From Bifidobacteriaceae bacterium (lineage in GTDB: Bacteria > Actinomycetota > Actinomycetes > Actinomycetales > WQXJ01), in NCBI GenBank assembly GCA_031267825.1, contig JAIRYJ010000015.1, forward strand, positions 9,487-73,486: 64,000 nucleotides of DNA. Direction: 5' to 3'. Numbering within the stretch: the stretch's first letter is position 1; every line of letters starts with the position of its first letter. The position numbers and the translations under genes were made by a program. Below, one piece after another: positions 63,734 through 64,000 of the stretch. The notes beneath the pieces are model-generated. The model did no database searches. It was not told the DNA's origin and saw only the letters and a program-made list of their open reading frames with translations.

Positions 63734-64000
63734 GCCTACCGACCAAGCTCACCGGTCCAGCCCAACAAGCCCGCCCCAACGGAATCAGATCGCCGCTCGG
63801 CCTAAAGCGCAAGACTATTCATGCCGGTTCAAAGCTGGCACCAAGCCAGGCCCCCAAGGCCAACTCCCCAAAGGGTCTATTAGGCTGGGTGACCGTGTCT
63901 AATGAGCCGAACCCAAGCCAGGCGGGCCTGCCTGACGTAGCCGCCAAGGCACCCCGGCCGGCCACGACCACCCAAACCCGGGCGGGCGGCATCGGACAAA

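Noticed and set aside
63889-64000. Open plus-strand frame starting at GTG 63889 and running off the window end. By M. tuberculosis synteny (pcnA next to mutT4) it could be a CCA-adding enzyme / poly(A) polymerase.
   Set aside because: Only 37 low-information codons are visible (VTVSNEPNPSQAGLPDVAAKAPRP...) and none is diagnostic. Synteny alone is insufficient.

Overview
This is a high-GC actinobacterial (Actinomycetota) chromosomal core region. It is densely coding, with about 50 CDS. I see no rRNA, tRNA, CRISPR array, transposase, integrase or prophage. Gene content and order parallel several Mycobacterium tuberculosis blocks: purF-purM; holB-tmk-topA; an Rv3649/SftH-type helicase followed by the actinobacterial Tad-like locus (Rv3654c-Rv3660c-like) and an Rv3661-like HAD hydrolase; crp; ramB-aceA-aceB; and trxB-trxA with murJ(mviN), a pseudokinase, an Rv3909-like protein and a mutT4-like NUDIX hydrolase. 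Other modules are feoA-feoB plus a small FeoC-like ORF, a divergent ppdK / H+-pyrophosphatase pair, serC-serA-adh, ddl, a CDF transporter and an ABC-2 exporter. I did not find a convincing new multi-gene system such as a defence island. The signals most worth a second look are four. (1) A modular, CCTAGG-flanked palindromic repeat family occurs at 5 or more loci, and one copy is a 249-nt in-frame tandem insertion inside the TadC-like gene. (2) A translationally coupled FeoC-like Cys-motif ORF lies after feoB, and an IdeR/DtxR-like operator overlaps an apparently leaderless feoA promoter. (3) An AT-rich 487-nt gap after the Rv3661-like gene carries a promoter, long-range complementarity and an intrinsic terminator. 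It sits where mycobacteria encode Ms1/MTS2823. (4) Short tandem repeats fill many intergenic regions. All calls rest on reading the sequence and ORF translations by eye. No database search was run.
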